Assembly (NCBI GenBank): GCA_024682995.1 | Contig: JAIKYR010000043.1 | Location: 1 to 60,852 of the forward strand | Source of the DNA: Bacteroidales bacterium | GTDB lineage: Bacteria; Bacteroidota; Bacteroidia; Bacteroidales; WCHB1-69 | DNA length: 60,852 bases | Direction: 5' to 3' | In this document: piece by piece, positions 59,331 through 60,852 of the stretch | How positions within the stretch are numbered: position 1 is the first letter of the stretch | Layout: each line of letters opens with the position of its first letter | Program-made: the position numbers and the translations under genes | The notes under the pieces: generated by a model | Database searches by the model: none | What the model was told of the DNA's origin: nothing | The model's input: only the letters and a program-made list of their open reading frames with translations

Positions 59331-59383
59331 CTCCTTAACTTCTTAGTTTCTTAATTCATCCCTCTGATTACACTTAAAACAAT

Positions 59384-59424
59384 AAAAAAGAGGACAACCT
59401 TTCGGTCGTCCTCTTCATTTTTTT
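59384..59424. terminator. Bidirectional terminator between folC and gdhA
   Basis: aaaaaagaggacaacc-tttc-ggtcgtcctctt. Confidence 0.8.
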
Positions 59425-59438
59425 GGCTAAACTGTCGA

Positions 59439-60782
59439 TTAGATGATACCTTGAGCTAACATAGCTTTTGCAACGCGCATGAAACCGGCGATGTTGGCAC
59501 CCTTCACATAGTTGATGGTACCATCAGCCTCACGACCGTGCTCAACGCACATGTCGTAAATGTCGTTCATGATCTTGTGCAGTTTGGCGTCAACCTCAGG
59601 AGCCGTCCAGTTGATGTGACCGGCGTTCTGGCAGATCTCGAGACCAGAGGTAGCAACACCACCGGCGTTGACAGCCTTACCAGGTCCGAACGGAACCTTA
59701 GCGGCTTGGAAAGCAGCGATAGCGCCGGGTTGGCAACCCATGTTGGAGACCTCAGCAACGTATTTAACGCCGTTAGCAAGGAGTTCCTTAGCGTCTTCTT
59801 CGCTCAACTCGTTCTGGAAAGCGCACGGGCAAGCGATGTCGCACTTCACGCTCCAAGCTTTCTTGCCGGCCGTGAATTTGGCTTTACCAGGGAATTTGTC
59901 GGCCATGTCTTGAACTTTGTTGCGGTTGGAAGCACGCATGTCAAGCATATAGTCAATCATTTCTTTGTCGATGCCGTCAGGAAGTTCGCAGACGCCGTCG
60001 GGACCGGAGATGGCCACAACCTTAGCGCCGAGTTCGGTAGCCTTGGTGGCAGCACCCCAAGCAACGTTACCGAAGCCGGAGAGGGCGATGCGTTTGCCTT
60101 CCATCGTGTCATTCTGTTGTTTTACCATGCGTTCCACATAGTAGATAGCACCGAAACCGGTAGCTTCCGGACGGATGAGGGAACCACCCCAGCCATAGCT
60201 CTTTCCAGTGAGGGCACCGGTAGAATGCTCGCGGGCGAGTTTCTTATAAGCACCGTAGAGGTAGCCGATCTCACGACCGCCAACACCCACGTCGCCTGCA
60301 GGGCTGTCCTGATCAGGACCGATGTTGCGCCACAATTCATACATGAAGGCTTGGCAGAAACGCATGATTTCAGCGTCGCTCTTGCCAACGGGATCGAAAT
60401 CGGAGCCACCCTTGCCACCGCCGAGAGGCAGATTGGTCAGAGAGTTTTTGAAGATCTGTTCGAAACCTAAGAACTTCAACATGGAGACGTTAACAGCCTT
60501 GTGGAAACGGAGACCGCCCTTGTATGCGCCGAGAGCAGCATTGAATTGGACGCGGTAGCCGAGGTTCGTGCAAACCTCACCCTTGTCGTTAACCCAGGTC
60601 ACGCGGAATGTGAAGATACGATCGGGTTCAACAATGCGCTCAACGATCTTGGCAGCCTCGAATTCGGGGTGCTTGTTGTATTCTTCTTCAATCGTTTCCA
60701 GGACTTCGCGAACGGCCTGCAAATACTCATTCTCACCAGGATGTTTGGCCTCCAGGTTAGCCATGATTTCATTTACTTTCAT
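59439..60782 (-). CDS. gdhA: Glutamate dehydrogenase (NAD(P)-dependent, hexameric GdhA type)
   Basis: YKGGLRFH, GGGKGGSDF, PAGDVGVG, RPEATG, GFGNV, NAGGVATS. Confidence 0.96.
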   Translation of the reverse strand: MKVNEIMANLEAKHPGENEYLQAVREVLETIEEEYNKHPEFEAAKIVERIVEPDRIFTFRVTWVNDKGEVCTNLGYRVQFNAALGAYKGGLRFHKAVNVSMLKFLGFEQIFKNSLTNLPLGGGKGGSDFDPVGKSDAEIMRFCQAFMYELWRNIGPDQDSPAGDVGVGGREIGYLYGAYKKLAREHSTGALTGKSYGWGGSLIRPEATGFGAIYYVERMVKQQNDTMEGKRIALSGFGNVAWGAATKATELGAKVVAISGPDGVCELPDGIDKEMIDYMLDMRASNRNKVQDMADKFPGKAKFTAGKKAWSVKCDIACPCAFQNELSEEDAKELLANGVKYVAEVSNMGCQPGAIAAFQAAKVPFGPGKAVNAGGVATSGLEICQNAGHINWTAPEVDAKLHKIMNDIYDMCVEHGREADGTINYVKGANIAGFMRVAKAMLAQGII

Positions 60783-60852
60783 ATTATTGAAATTTAAAAT
60801 TTAGGATAGTTGTAGAACTTTTTAATCGCTTTTGAAAAGCGGTGCAAAGGTA

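Overview
Chromosomal segment from a Bacteroidales-type bacterium. Evidence: recurrent TAnnTTTG -7 promoter boxes, T9SS cargo proteins, and the rsfS-ftsH-cdsA and exbB-exbD-tonB-folC gene orders. Most of the window is housekeeping (dnaK, arcC, pepO, fbaA, uvrA, cdsA, ftsH, rsfS, fumC, lpdA, lolA, ftsK, exbBD-tonB, folC, gdhA) plus secreted proteases and outer-membrane proteins. I saw no rRNA, tRNA, CRISPR array, integrase, transposase or reverse transcriptase. The unusual content is mostly non-coding. (1) An antisense GxxExxY nuclease gene sits between tonB and folC, bounded by tandem-unit inverted repeats. These form an uninterrupted 26-bp helix (22 Watson-Crick + 4 G-U) only on the host-mRNA strand and would bring the tonB stop next to the folC start. 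(2) Orphan repeat arms with similar polarity (purine arm after stops, pyrimidine arm before starts) occur in several other spacers. (3) A 9.8-kb gene for a 3269-aa FN3/Fib_succ_major surface protein is bracketed by two diverged copies of the 5' end of a neighbouring gene. (4) There are two highly structured non-coding elements (17321-17579 and 48820-49321) and a small AT-rich XRE/CoiA-like islet. All family assignments come from motif recognition by eye, not from database searches.
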